Origin: Vicugna vicugna
Taxonomy: Eukaryota
Assembly: GCA_013265495.1 (NCBI GenBank)
Contig: MU057640.1
Coordinates: 248,001-312,000, forward strand
Length of the DNA: 64,000 bases
Reading direction: 5' to 3'
Shown: positions 1-13,030 of the stretch, piece by piece
How the letters are laid out: each line of letters begins with the position of its first letter
Numbering within the stretch: position 1 is the stretch's first letter
The notes under the pieces: generated by a model
Seen by the model: only the letters and a program-made list of their open reading frames with translations
Databases searched by the model: none
Told to the model about the DNA's origin: nothing
Position numbers and translations under genes: made by a program

Positions 1-3000
1 TTTTCTAGTCAGCACCTTGGATAAAGACAAGATGCTTTAACCAAGGACTGTAATTACATTGCCTACAATATTTACTAAAAATACTGTCAACTAAAATTAT
101 GGTGATGTGTTCCTTTCTTATTTTAAATCAATAATATATCACAGTAAGGTCTTTATGCAGCTTTCCCTAAAATCCATTCAGTGATATTCTGCTTCTCCAC
201 ACATTTTAAATGACAGAATGACAGAATTAACCCTCCAGTAACTATGGTCACTGAAACCATAGGTCTTGAGAAAAACACGGCTAATTCTACCCAAACCTTT
301 AGCTGTTGAGACCTAAATGTTTTATCATGAAAACATACCTCATGAGAGAGCATCCAAGGGTACCTATCTTTAGCATTTTTCCCCTACATTCTAAATTGCT
401 TTCCACGAACCCTCTACATCTCTATGCTTTCCTAAGTGTAAGGATACAGGTGGGGTTATAAATCCAAAGGCTTACTCAACTAAAAATACTCATACCTCCT
501 CAATTCCCTACCACTATCATCCTAAACCAAAGTTTAAATATTAGTATAGCTGATCTTACCTAAATTAGAAATACAGTATTTGGAATGAACTAATTCACAC
601 CACCTTACAAAAGACTATTGCCCTTTGATCTAGAGAGAAAATGTACATTTTTAGAAGAAAAGCTTATGAGCCTAAATATCTTAATCAATTGTTAATGTAA
701 GAAAAACAAAAACAACCAGATATGCCGTGGAAGGAAAGGTTATTCTTGGTTTCAACTCAAGATCTACCTCTGGGTCCTGAACCATAAACAATTTCCTGAT
801 TTCCAATTTCTTCTTCAACTTCAGAAACAGAAAGCACATTCAACAATACTGAGCAGCAAACAGTTAAGAGTTTAGATGTACAAGGGGATCATAGAAATCA
901 ACTGAATATCTGAGATGTTTATGTGACCCACCTATTTGGCTCTTTGCAGAGGAATCAAAAGCTTCCATAGTAAAGTTACTGGTTGGCCAGTTAGAAAACA
1001 GCTCACTTTTTGGCACTGATGTCTGGAGTCCAGAACAGGAACTTCTTTGGGAACTTAAGCAAATACAGAGCTCTTTCTTTTGAGAAAATGTAGGTTCAAC
1101 TAGACTAACTTCCAGACAAAGACATGAAGATGTTTCTACCCACAGTATCTAATCTGTCCTCAATTAAAATGTAATGCAAGTGGCTCTTTCCAATTATCTG
1201 TACTTACTACACTTGGCAGAATTCGTTCTTGAATGTGTGGTTAACAACCACTACTTGTGACAATTAACATTATCTCTACTCTTACATTGTTATTGCTGAA
1301 CAGCCAGAAAGGAACAGGACATGGACTAGATCAGCATAGGTACCACAAATGAAAACTACTTTTACTAGAGGTCAAAAATGTTGCTTCTACAAATTTTACA
1401 AAATCTAAATAAAAGTGTTTAATTGAACTACTATACTCAAGGCACATAACTCCTCTTAAAATTCCAGGTCAGGTTTAAGTATCTCACTCTCTAGGCAAAC
1501 TTGTGTTTTTTTTTTTAATCAAAGTGAACTAGACAACTAATTGTATTCTCTCTTACACCTGGGAAATCAGGAGAATGCCTGAATATTGTAACATAAAAGC
1601 TTCTCGGTGTCTCATTTTCATATTAACTACTTTAAGTCATTGTTTTCTAAATGTCTCCAACAAATCCATAAAGAACAAGTACACTTTCATTTTATCCTAA
1701 AACGTTAACAGATCTGCAATCTATCCACAATATAGCTATATTTGCTTTAGTTGTTTGAAAAAAATTATATCTGCTAGAACCACTCAATGTTTTCATTTTA
1801 CCAATATTGTCAAGTAAAATCAACACTCTAGGAAGATATGCCATGTTTATCTTGTGACTTCAATTACTTGTGGGCACCATGCCAAGTGTACCCACAAGTC
1901 ATTTCTGTTAATTTTTTAAATTTCATTTTATCTGAAATAGCTGTTCTATTTTTAGAGGTGGTTTCAATTCCATTCTTGAAAAATATGAACAGATTTAACT
2001 GTGATTCCTCTTATTAATGACAATTACAAAATAAATCAGTCACACAATTGTGCATTTCCTTCTTTACACAAATATACACTGAAACGATTTACTTCATGTT
2101 CAGAATCTACCATTTGCAAATACCACAATGTAAACCACCTCACAAGCTAATGATCAAACACAGTAAAACAATGAGTCCCAGGGAATTACACAAAAAACTC
2201 TGAAGACAGTGAATCCAAGCTTTATTTTAAATAAGAATTCAGTTACACAGCAAGGAAAATCTAAAAAGTCATGTTGCAAAGAGTTGGGGTTTTTTAGGTT
2301 CTTTTTTTAAGGTTTTAGTGATACGACAGGCAACAGTGCTGGTAAGAGATAAAATACAGTTTCTCTGGAGTGTAAATTATAGTATTTCCTTATAAAGCTA
2401 GGGAAACACAGTTAAGATCATCAGGTGAGCAATAAAACTGCAACTTATGATAAAATGTTCACTCCATTCTTGCTATGGGCAAGATCTTGTCCTAGGTTCT
2501 ACGAATGTACAAGATGAAAAAATATAGTCTATGAATTTATTGCCCTTTCTATCTTGTAATTAGACAATGTGGGATATGGGGATGAAACAGGGTACGAGGA
2601 GCTGTGAGAGAACAATACAAACAATATATACTACAAAGCAGACTAATGTAACAGTAGTAAAATCCTCCTTTATATGAGAGGAGAGGATTGAATTGCCTGA
2701 GAGGAATCAAGGATAGGATTAATGAAGGTTATGTGAATCAAGCAACATTCTAACTATATGGATAGAATTTCAACAGCGAGTTTGGATGGGCAATGAGGAC
2801 ATTTGAGCACAAAGGAAGTTTCTAGAGATACATGACTGACACATGGAGAAGGACTGATGGGAAAAGCTAGACAGACCAGAGCAAGTCTTGAATGGCGTGC
2901 TAAGGATATGAGCTTTATACTGTGAGCAATTCAAAACTAAGGATGCATGAGCAGAGGGCTCACATAATTATGTTTTAGAAATATAGGCAATGCTGTTCCA

Positions 3001-4009
3001 GCCATACAAGAAAGCAAATGTAGATAAATCAGCTAAAATATTATTAAAAATCCAGGGAAAGAAAGGAGTAAGTTTAAAAAAAAAAACAACACTATTTACA
3101 AAACAGTACTTAAGACTTCAACCCTGTATTTGTAAAAAAAAAAAAAAGTCAAATTCATATATTCTAATTAAAACTATATTCATCTACACAGAGAAAAATG
3201 CCTTGAAGATTATGCAACAAAAATGTCTACACTGGTTAGTAATGATGGTGGAATTATGGGTGGTACTTAATGTCTTCTTTATAGGTTGCTCTATTTTATG
3301 AATTTTTAAACAATGTTTTTGTAAAAGAAGGAGTGGTGAAACCAAGAAAGCTATTTCTATTTTGAATGATAGTGAAAGCCTGAAGAGAGTAAAAAGGCTG
3401 TTTTGTTTTTGTAGCGATAGGAAGGTAATAACGGATCTATTTTGGATCCATTCAGCTTGAGGTGTCACAAGGAACTAGGAAAGGAAAACAAGGAAATATA
3501 CATTCAGATTTTAGCTATTTTTTGCTCTGTTGACAGAGAGTAATAAAGCATACATTACAACACAACATACAAAAATTTCCTTTATTTTTAGCTTCACTTA
3601 ATGTAGCCACCACCTGATCAAAGTAATAAGACTTTTTTTCATTCATTTTAGAACGTGTACTTCTAAGAGGGCAACTAATAAAAATTGTGTAGGTTGAAAT
3701 ACATTTTGTACTTACTTACAAAGCTGCCTTAATGAATTAGCTCTGTTTGGAATAGTCTGTACCAGTGTTTTCTCTGGCAAGTTAACCTTGTCCAGCCTCC
3801 CTCACTACCTTCATCCCAACCTGGAACAAGCAAACCAACAGTCATCCACCCACTATGGGCAGATAAAAGACTTTAAATGACTATAAACTATAAATAAACA
3901 CCCTCTTGATGATCTTGTGAAGCCCCATATTAGATTCATTCACAATGAGAAGTATTTACCCTGAAAGAACACAGTTGGCCTAGAGGAGGTAACATTATAA
4001 AAAACATAC

Positions 4010-4170
4010 CCCATTAGAAGCTTTCTTCTTTGCTTTCCATTCATCCAGTTGTGCCTTTGTCTTTGCATCAACTTTAACAAGTAGCTTCTTCTCTCCAATC
4101 TGCAGGTCATGTAATAACCTGAGTGCACGGAGGGTAGATTCAGGCTCCTTATACTCACAGAATCCGAAGG
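4010..4170 (-). CDS. RBM25: RBM25 exon 6 (161 nt; (A)FGFCEYKEPESTLRALRLLHDLQIGEKKLLVKVDAKTKAQLDEWKAKKKASNG), RRM C-terminal part; gene continues beyond left edge
   Basis: Translation matches RBM25. Acceptor ttgctag|CC and donor GGG|gtatgt. The phase-1 entry agrees with exon 5. Confidence 0.96.
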
Positions 4171-4384
4171 CTAGCAATGGATGTAAAGAATTAGTGAAGT
4201 ATCAATGCAATTATGAAAGATGAAAAATATTTATGAAAAATTGAAATCATCAGAGACCAAATATTATAATACAAGGATTATTTGTGTCATTGCTCCTCCT
4301 TTTCCTTCAATTATCTTTGATAAGGATTTCACTTTAATTCTAATTTTTAAAAAATTTTTATTGAAGTATAGTTGATTTAAAGCA

Positions 4385-4464
4385 TTTTTTGAATGGAGGT
4401 ATGGGGGATTGAATCTCATGCATCCTAAGCATGTGTTCTACCACTGAGCTATAATACCCACCCC
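4385..4464 (-). mobile_element. tRNA-Ala-derived SINE (vic-1-like), degenerate
   Basis: Reverse complement of the tatagctcagtggtagaacacatgcttagg head. Confidence 0.75.
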
Positions 4465-4829
4465 AAGGATTTCACTTTTAGCACCCTCAAACAACCAAAC
4501 AAAAAAGAGAAAAAAAAAATAGGGAAAAGAAAGAAAAATTGTAATCAGGCAAATGCTACTTATTAGAAGTGCTGATAAAATATTTGAGAATCAGATTTTA
4601 TGAGTAACTCTTCCAATTATTTCATGATTTCATTCCATCCCTGAGTTCCTAACAGAAAACAGACTACTTGAATCTAAAACAGCACTTTAAATTCTAAGAT
4701 GTTAAACTACAAAAGACTGAACTTTTATTCTTGCTACCAGTCTAATTTTCTATGTTTCATTTTAATAACTAGTCTCATTATTACCATGACTTTAAATTAA
4801 ACAGGTATTAAAACAAAATTAAATTTAAA

Positions 4830-6830
4830 AGAGTAATCTAAAAATTGAAAATCAAATTAAACAAATGAATCCAAATATGTATACAGTTAATAACATAACC
4901 ATATATTCTGAGTCATTTTAAAACAGAAAATTTGGCCATACAACTTTAGTATGATACCTCCTAAGGACAGAAAGACTTGTCAATAAAAAAGAAAATTTCA
5001 ATAATCATATTGTGGATAACAGTGTTGGCGCTATCAGTTTGAAACTATTTTATGTGCAATGTGAGATAAAGTAAGCCAGTAATTATTTAATAGTCCATCA
5101 TCCCGGTACTGAAGCCCAGGTTTCTCAGTGTGGAAGAAAGGAAATACAGATATATGACAGAAAAGATTAAATAAAAACTTTTTAGTCTTGAATTTGAATT
5201 AATGTGCACTGGAAAAATGTAAAAGCAAAGACCAAGCCACTCTTACAATGAGTACACCTAATTCCCAGACTGATTTTGAAAGCAATTTCCCACTAAAAGG
5301 AACCAGAGCTCCTTGAGAAATGGCTGATCTCTTGTCTGGGGTAGAAAAACTACTTGATGAGCTTAGAATATCTTATCCCAGATAACAAGGAAGCTATAGA
5401 AGGCTTCTGTCAAAATCACTGGAGATGCAATTTGTAGAGTCAACTTGAAACAACTTCAGCTTCACTAGTGATAATAATGACAATCCATATTAAGCATAAT
5501 AACAACAAATTGAGTATGCTTCAATCTACAAATTCAAAATGATTCTTTGAGTTTGTCTTTTACTTGCCTTATAATGGTTCTTTAAAAAAAAAGTCACTGC
5601 CAGCTGATGCTAAGGACACAAGTTCATTTTCTTAAATGAAAGAACTAAAGCATTTACCCTATTTTTCTTATACACATTATACCTCTACGTAACCAAATAG
5701 TACACTGAAGAGGAAGTTTACCATTATAGAAGTATTCTACTACAATGAAGATCTGTTCTTCAATGAAGGAATTACGGAATTCTTTAAAACAGACTGTCAT
5801 TTTGCAACCTCCCCCAATGAATATATCAACCTAGATATCAACAATGAACTCAACAGCTGCTACTACTGGGAAAAAAAAAAAATGACCCAGTAAGTCTCCT
5901 AATGGAAGAACACTACCTTCAGAGAATTTTTTTCTTTTACAGAATTCTTACATATAAAAAGCATCAACAAAAATCACACACACAAACTCACATATGATCA
6001 AGTCTCAAGCTACAACTACCAGTCAGTTTACATTACAATACAAAGGACAGAGATACATGGCACGTAATTCTACTGGAGCTGCAACCTGCAAATGAATGAT
6101 GAAATGCCACTGGGCAAATGACCCAGTTTCTCCATCAAACAGTTGCAACTGCAAGGGGAAAAAGAGAGACAGAAGAACTTAAAATATTAAAAGAGACTTA
6201 AAAATATGTCAACCAATTGAAAGGCATGGACCTTATATATATTTGGAATCAAAAAAACTAAAAATTTGACATTTGAGACCACTGGACATCTGATCATTGA
6301 CTGGATATTGAATGAATGTTGGATATCTGAACACTGACTTAATAATTAATAAAAAATTATTTAAGAAAAAAGAAAAAGTTGATTTTTTCTGTCTTATAAT
6401 AGTATTTTGGATATATTTTTTAAAGACCTTATCTTTTAGAGACACACTAAAATATTTATAAGCAAAATGATCTGGTGCTCAGCAGTGCTTAAAAATAATA
6501 TGGGGGAGAGGGTACAGCTCAAGTGGTAGAGTGCATACTTAGTGTGCAGAAGGTCCTGGGTTCAATCCCCAGTACTTCCTCTAAAAATAGATAAATAAAC
6601 CTAATTACCTCCCTACCTGCTAAATAAAGCCAAAAACAAATTCAAAAAAATAAAGTTAAAAATAATATAAGGAAATAGGTAAAGATACAGGTTAAGTACA
6701 ATTGGCCATGAGGTGATTGATATATGTTAAAGTTAGCTGATGAGTACATGGGAGTTCATCGTAACATTCTAACTTTGTATTTGTATGAATATATAATAAT
6801 TCCAATGATAAAAAGTGCTTAAAGAATGTA
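4830..6830 (+). mobile_element. Old L1 (L1MC/MD-like) 3' fragments, interrupted by a SINE
   Basis: A-rich degenerate L1 3' UTR-like sequence; boundaries approximate. Confidence 0.5.
6502..6656 (+). mobile_element. tRNA-Ala-derived SINE (vic-1-like)
   Basis: A box agctcaagtgg, B box ggttcaatcc, 3' cctaattacctccc and A-rich tail. TSD about taaaaataata. Confidence 0.88.
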
Positions 6831-7326
6831 TATCAAACAGGTGTTTCCACCAACAAAAACAGTTTGTTTTTAAGACCAGCAGGTCATCTCATCATCTCTT
6901 CTCCTACTTTCCTCCTAAGTCCTAATTTTTCTGTCTTGATCATATACTCCTGCTGAAACAAAAAGGACTTTTTAAAGTAATCTTATTAAAAACACAGTTA
7001 GTCTGAATAATTTTTTTCATTTCCTTCCTGTTATATATTTCTATTTTCTGGTCTCAATATTCAGCCAACATCTTCCCAACTGCCTTTAAGCCTATTCCAA
7101 GGATGAAGACACAGCATGGTAATCTTCTGAGGAACAAATGGAAACTTATTCTAGAAGTCTTCTGTAAAGGTATAAAATACAGTTTTCATAATTATTTTAA
7201 AAAAAAGTGAAGACACAGCACTAGAAGAACACTCCCACAGTTAAGGACCATGAGAGTAAATACCAACATGATTTATGCATATAGGTTAGGTTAAAACAAT
7301 CAATATATAAAGAAAAAATTACCTAC

Positions 7327-7384
7327 CTTGAAGTTTTCCAGATGCACCTTGTACTCTTTTCCAGCTCAAAACCAAGCCACATTT
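7327..7384 (-). CDS. RBM25: RBM25 exon 5 (58 nt; KCGLVLSWKRVQGASGKLQ)
   Basis: Acceptor ttttaaag|AAA and donor AAG|gtaggt. 19 codons + 1 nt, in phase with both neighbours. Confidence 0.96.
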
Positions 7385-8999
7385 CTTTAAAAGAAAACAA
7401 ACCAAAAAGGATCCTTACCACTTAAGCTAATTTATATAATGAAAATAAAAGCACAATTATATTCCCACTAGGAAAAATAGAAGCAAACCAACAAAACAAA
7501 AGATCATGTCAGCAACTAATTTCTTAACTCTATCAATTCCCACAAACCTATTATATGAAATATATAATAAATCATTTTAAAGGAAAATATAAATGTTTAC
7601 TGATATTTATTTACAAAAAAGCTTCTCTCTTACTAGAAATTTTACAGCATTACTTATCCAAAAAAAATATAAAACAAAATACTCAATATTGTAACAGCTA
7701 AAACAAACTATGATAAATTTGAGTAAATGTAAGTGAGTCCAGAAAGACTATGATTTAAAATACATGTATATATCACAAAGGATTTACACAGAAATGCTTG
7801 ATATGGGATGCAAAACTACCAAGGGACATGAAATTTCAGATAAACAGTTAAGATTTTAATTCTGTAAAGAAAAAGATTTACATAGAATGATCAGAAATAT
7901 TCCAAAATGTTAATGGGGCAGATGTCTGAATGGTGGGATATTAGTACATATAGTTTATTTTCAAAGTTATTCTTAAATATTACTTCTAGTTATTCAAATA
8001 AAATCTAGAAGGTAAAAAAAGTTATTTGTGGAAAATGGTAACTGAAGATTGCCTGTTAGAGCTGAGAGAATGCATGAATTTTTCACATCTCCCCTCAGAG
8101 AAACCACTAAAATGATCATTTAAGAATATAAAAGATTAAAAACTCATTAAGGTCAAACATCACATGAAGGAACAGCAACAGAATTCAGCAAAATTTTGAA
8201 AAGATAAAAGCAAATGGATGGATAATAACTCATTCAGTAGAGCAAAGAAGCCTGTAACTTCAAGAGACTACAGAAGCAGTTACCAATGACAAGGAATTGA
8301 GCTGACTCTAGTAAGCCCAGTGGATCCAGACTGGAGGGGAAAAAGTACAGTGGAGAATAGGGGTGAAATCTGAGGTTAAAACAATCCAGGTGCTTGCCTG
8401 ACACTATAAATAAGGAATAATCAAAGCCTTAGAGTTCTTTTCAAGCAACACCCTATTTCCACCTCCAGAGAAGGCAGCCTATAAGAGTTACAGTCTGAAG
8501 AGAACGTTAACAGGCTTGGGATGTGGAGCACCAAATGTGAAAGATCTAGATGAGATACAGAGTGACTAAGAGGGGAAAAAAGTAAACTTATAACAAATGC
8601 TTGCATTCAGTCCTGCATCTGTAAGCCTACATAGGCAGTAAATCATATACTTACTAGGCATAAAATCGGAAGTTTTCTAGTAAAAGCAACCAGCCTCAAA
8701 GAAAAGACCCCACGTATTAATATTCAAAACTTCTGGCTGCCAGCTGGATTAACCTACAACGATGCCCACCATCCTACAGCTTACAAAGACAAAGGCCTTT
8801 TAATCCCTAACTCTTAAGTATGAACAATCAAAGATCACCAGACAGCTAAGGAATGTCTTAAAACTGAAAGAGAAATGGAAAAAATAAATTCAGGAATCCT
8901 AAGAAAGCTTTAAAAGAAAATACTCTGCTGTACATATAAATCAAGAACAATTTTTTAAAGGGATGTTTCAAGTTGAAAACATATACATATACCCACACA

Positions 9000-9480
9000 T
9001 AAACTTGTACACAAGTATTCACAGAATCAGTACTCAAAATAACCAAGTGGAAACAACCCAGCTGTCTATCAACTGATGATAAACAAAATGTGGTAAATCC
9101 ATTAAATGGAATATTAGTTGGCCACAAAAGGAACAAAATACCACTACTAAGCTATATAGATGAACCTTGAAAATATTACACTAAATGAAAAGACAAAACA
9201 CAAAAAGCCACATATTCTAAAATTCTGTTTATCTAAAATGCCCAGAATAGGCAAATTCATAGAGACAGAAAGTAGAACAATGGCTGCCAGAGGCTGAGGG
9301 AAGGAGAAAATGAAAAGTATTGTTAATGAGTACAGGGTTTCTATTTGGGGTGATAAAAATGTTCTGGAATTAAACAGTGGTGATGTTTGCTCAACTTCCT
9401 GAATATACTAAACACCACTGAATTATACATTATAAAAGTGAACTTTATTGTATATGAATTATATGTCAATAAAGATGCTT
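9000..9480 (+). mobile_element. L1MB-like 3' end
   Basis: ORF2 C-terminal remnant followed by typical aataggcaaattcatagagacagaaagtaga...tgaattatatgtcaataaa. Confidence 0.75.
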
Positions 9481-10299
9481 TTTTAAAATGTCCTCCCAGT
9501 GTTCCATTTAGGGGAAAAATTAGTATTACCTTGTAAAACTGAAGATAAGCATGCCCTGTAACTCAAATCCCACTTCTATGAGAATACACGATAGAATTTT
9601 CTCATGCTTCATGTAGGAAGATTACTACCAGTAATAGTATAGCAAAACATACTATCAAAAAATGAAAATAATCCATGACCATTAATAGAAAATTTGACAA
9701 TTTATGGCATATTTCTACAATGCAATAGTATGTAGCAATCAAAAGTAAATAATCCTAGAGCTATGTATATGCTGGGTGAAAAAAGAAAATTGTGGAGGAC
9801 TAAAGAATTAAAACTTACAAATCATAAATTTTTTATTAATATATAAATATGTAAATAAAGTAAAAATATGCATAGGAATGATAAATATCAAATTTAGGAT
9901 ACTGGATTACCTATATTAATTACCTCTGTGGAAGAAAAAAATGAGAATTAGGACCTTCAACTGTAATATTTTATTTCTTTGGGATAAAAATGTGAAGCTA
10001 ATATTACAAAATACTAAGGTCTGACAAGGGTAGGATTTGTGGGTATTTCCTTTCTAATGCAAGGATCACACGATTTATAAAACAGAAAGGGCAATAATGT
10101 ATTTTACTTATAAAATGAAGAAAAGATTTTAAAATAATTTCTCTAAGAAATAGTGGAGATTATGGAGGAAGTGAGTACAGGGACTGCTGTTTTCATTAAA
10201 AAATCATTCAGTATTTTTTTCACTTAAAATGTGCATGTATCACCAGGATAAAATTTTAAGACTAAGACAGAAAAGAAAATCACTGACCAAGTCAAAAAA

Positions 10300-11110
10300 A
10301 CATACTATGTATGCTCAGAATAAAAACTTGAAGTCAGTCAATTACCTTTTGATGCTAAAATCATTGTTTTAAAGGCTGTTAAAAGGACTGATATTAACCC
10401 AGAGGTTACTTATAAATGACAAAGGGAGTAAAGGTAACCTTACAATACAGAGAGCTGACCACCTTAACCAAGTAACTAAACCTAACACCACCAAAAATAG
10501 GATCAAGAGATATTGTGTGTTCCTTACCATGCTGCACTGAGAACAATATATCACCCATGAACCATTCTTAAAAGAATGCTTACTCTGAAAATAACTATGA
10601 GCAAACAATCAAATTCAAATTGAAAGGGACATTCTGTAAAAGTCCCAGATGCTTCAAAACATCAATGTCATGAAAGACAAAAACAAAACAAGCAAACAAA
10701 AAGACAGAGAACTAGTCTATAATAAAGAAGCTGATGTATGACAATTCAGTGCAATGTATAATTCTTGACTGGATTATAAACCAAACACAAAAAACAGCTA
10801 TTATAGAAATTACTTATGAACTGAATATTTCAGTTAACAATATGTATTAGCCTTAAATTTCCTAAATGTAATAATGGTTTTGTGATCATGTAGGTGAGTG
10901 TCCTTGATCTTAGGAGACAGAAGAAGTCTTCAGAGGTGAAATGTAATTAATGTCACAACTTACTCTCAAATTACAATGAAAAAAAGTTGAGTGGTGTGGG
11001 GGGTGGGGGATGCAGAGAGAAAGAAAGTAAATGTGGCAAAATGTGTTACAAGAGTGTTAAACATTCATTCAACTTTTTTACAGGATTGAAACTTCAAAAT
11101 GAAAAGAAAA
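10300..11110 (+). mobile_element. Old L1 (L1MC/ME-like) 3' region
   Basis: Recognisable degenerate L1M 3' UTR motifs; boundaries approximate. Confidence 0.55.
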
Positions 11111-11200
11111 TTATTCAGGGTCCTCTTTCTGATTTTTTTTAAGTTTGAAATTTATAACAACAAAAAAAACTTTTAATGAAAAATAAACAGTTTAACTTAC

Positions 11201-11368
11201 AGCAAGGAGCTGTCTTATAAGCATATCTGAGGCTTTCTCAGAAATGTTGCCAACAAAAACTGTAGTAGTGGGACCACAGTTTTCATCATTTTCTTTAGTC
11301 TTTAAGCCTGGATGATCCTTTCGTGCTCCCAAATGCTTTCCAACCATGGACACAGTGGGTACTAAGAC
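11201..11368 (-). CDS. RBM25: RBM25 exon 4 (168 nt; VLVPTVSMVGKHLGARKDHPGLKTKENDENCGPTTTVFVGNISEKASDMLIRQLLA), start of RRM
   Basis: Acceptor ctttag|GTC and donor GCT|gtaagt. 56 codons including the RNP2-like VFVGNI. Confidence 0.96.
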
Positions 11369-11553
11369 CTAAAGTGAAGAAAAGCAATAAAATATGAACT
11401 TGTAATTAAATTTCCTATCATGTTTAATGTAACATTAGGCTAAAAACATCCATTTTACAGTATTAAATATATATCACCTTATTATTACAGGTTCTACATA
11501 CTTAATCTAAAGCTCCAAAGCACATTTTTTATTAAAGCAAACTTATTCATGAC

Positions 11554-11607
11554 AAAAGAAAGGTAATCTAAAAGTTCCACGTGGAACTTTTAGATTACCT
11601 TTCTTTT
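11554..11607. repeat. Perfect 54-bp palindrome (27-bp arms, no spacer)
   Basis: AAAAGAAAGGTAATCTAAAAGTTCCAC|GTGGAACTTTTAGATTACCTTTCTTTT, checked base by base. Confidence 0.97.
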
Positions 11608-12980
11608 AAAAACAACTTGGAAAAGCAAATAAAAGTAACTTGGATAGGACTTTTATTTTAATGTTTAAAACATAACTTTTAAACATTTCAGGTATCATAA
11701 ATCACTTAAAATTATCAAATATATTCAGAAGTTTCTTTACAATTGCATTCTATACTAGTATAAAAGCAAGTTTCAATTATCCCTGCTAATCATCCTGCAG
11801 AATATTCAAATACTCCCAAAAGCATGCTCCCCACACTTAAAGTACCTTTTCTCAGTTACTTGTGTTTTGTCTTATTTTTGCCTTGTAACATTCAACTTTC
11901 TAGGAGGAATAGTCTTACTCAACTTTGTATATGGAACTGAATTTAGCAAAATACCCACAGTAGGCACTGAAGTGGTGAACTGGGGGAGCTGCTCCAAACC
12001 CCAAGTCCCACCTTTCCCTAGGCTGAAATGTAAGAAAGTAAGAGTATCTGTCATGTGAAGATTTCCCAAAAGAGCCAAACAATGGATGTCCAATGAAAGA
12101 AAAGGGGGACTGCCCCTTGGTCTGCCTTATAGCATGTTCCTCTTTGCCCACGTAGTTCCCTTCTCATCACCCTTTTAATACAAGTAACAATATTCCCAGT
12201 CCTCTTCAAAACCCACAGGTAGAAAACAGTTGAAAGTCATGAGACCTATTCTCCCTCGTAGTGGAATTCTAAGTGAAGCTTGGTATTCTAATTTACTCAA
12301 AGAAAAATTCTGGTTAATAACAGTTTTAAGAGGTTTATTATTTATTCAGGTGTTATATATAGTACACTAGCGTTCTTAACTAAGACATCTAAAGGATACA
12401 GAAGCCTTTATGAATGTGGAGAATTAAGGTTAAAGACATAAGACTGAACAATGAAACATTTCCGAAAAGGAAGGACTTCAATAAAACCTTACAAAGCTTG
12501 AACATATCATACTAGAGGACAGAGAAAAAATAGCTTGAAGAAGCTAAAAATTAGGTAGACAGGAGGAAAAGAATACTTTCATTCAACTTTCACTTCAAAA
12601 TTTTAAGTTTCTGCTAAATCATTCCTTTCTTTTTTCCCTTCTTCTAAGAGATCAGACAAGTCAGATCAGTCCTATCCCCCAGGACCAACACAAGATGAGT
12701 AAATGATGAAGAGCCAATTTCTAAATCTGAGATAACAAGTATATGAAGAATCTAGAGAATAAGAGGGAAATTTAGGGAGCATATTTTAGGAGCAACTGCA
12801 TATATGTACAGCTGAGTGAAAATAATACTTATTCAAATAAGTAGTATGAAATACATGAATGCTCTTACTCCCTATTATTCTTTTTACATTTAAAATAATT
12901 TACTTAAGTTTATCAAGTTATTTAGATTTAAAAGCAGTAGCACTACCGTATCTCCTAATTCCTCCTGAAGTTATACTTAC

Positions 12981-13030
12981 AGTTGGAGCAGGAGCCATAA
13001 TGCTCATTGGTACAGGAATCATTGGGGTCC
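12981..13030 (-). CDS. RBM25: RBM25 exon 3 (50 nt; GTPMIPVPMSIMAPAPT)
   Basis: Acceptor ttttcttag|GG and donor ACT|gtaagt. Phase 1 in, phase 0 out. Confidence 0.95.
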
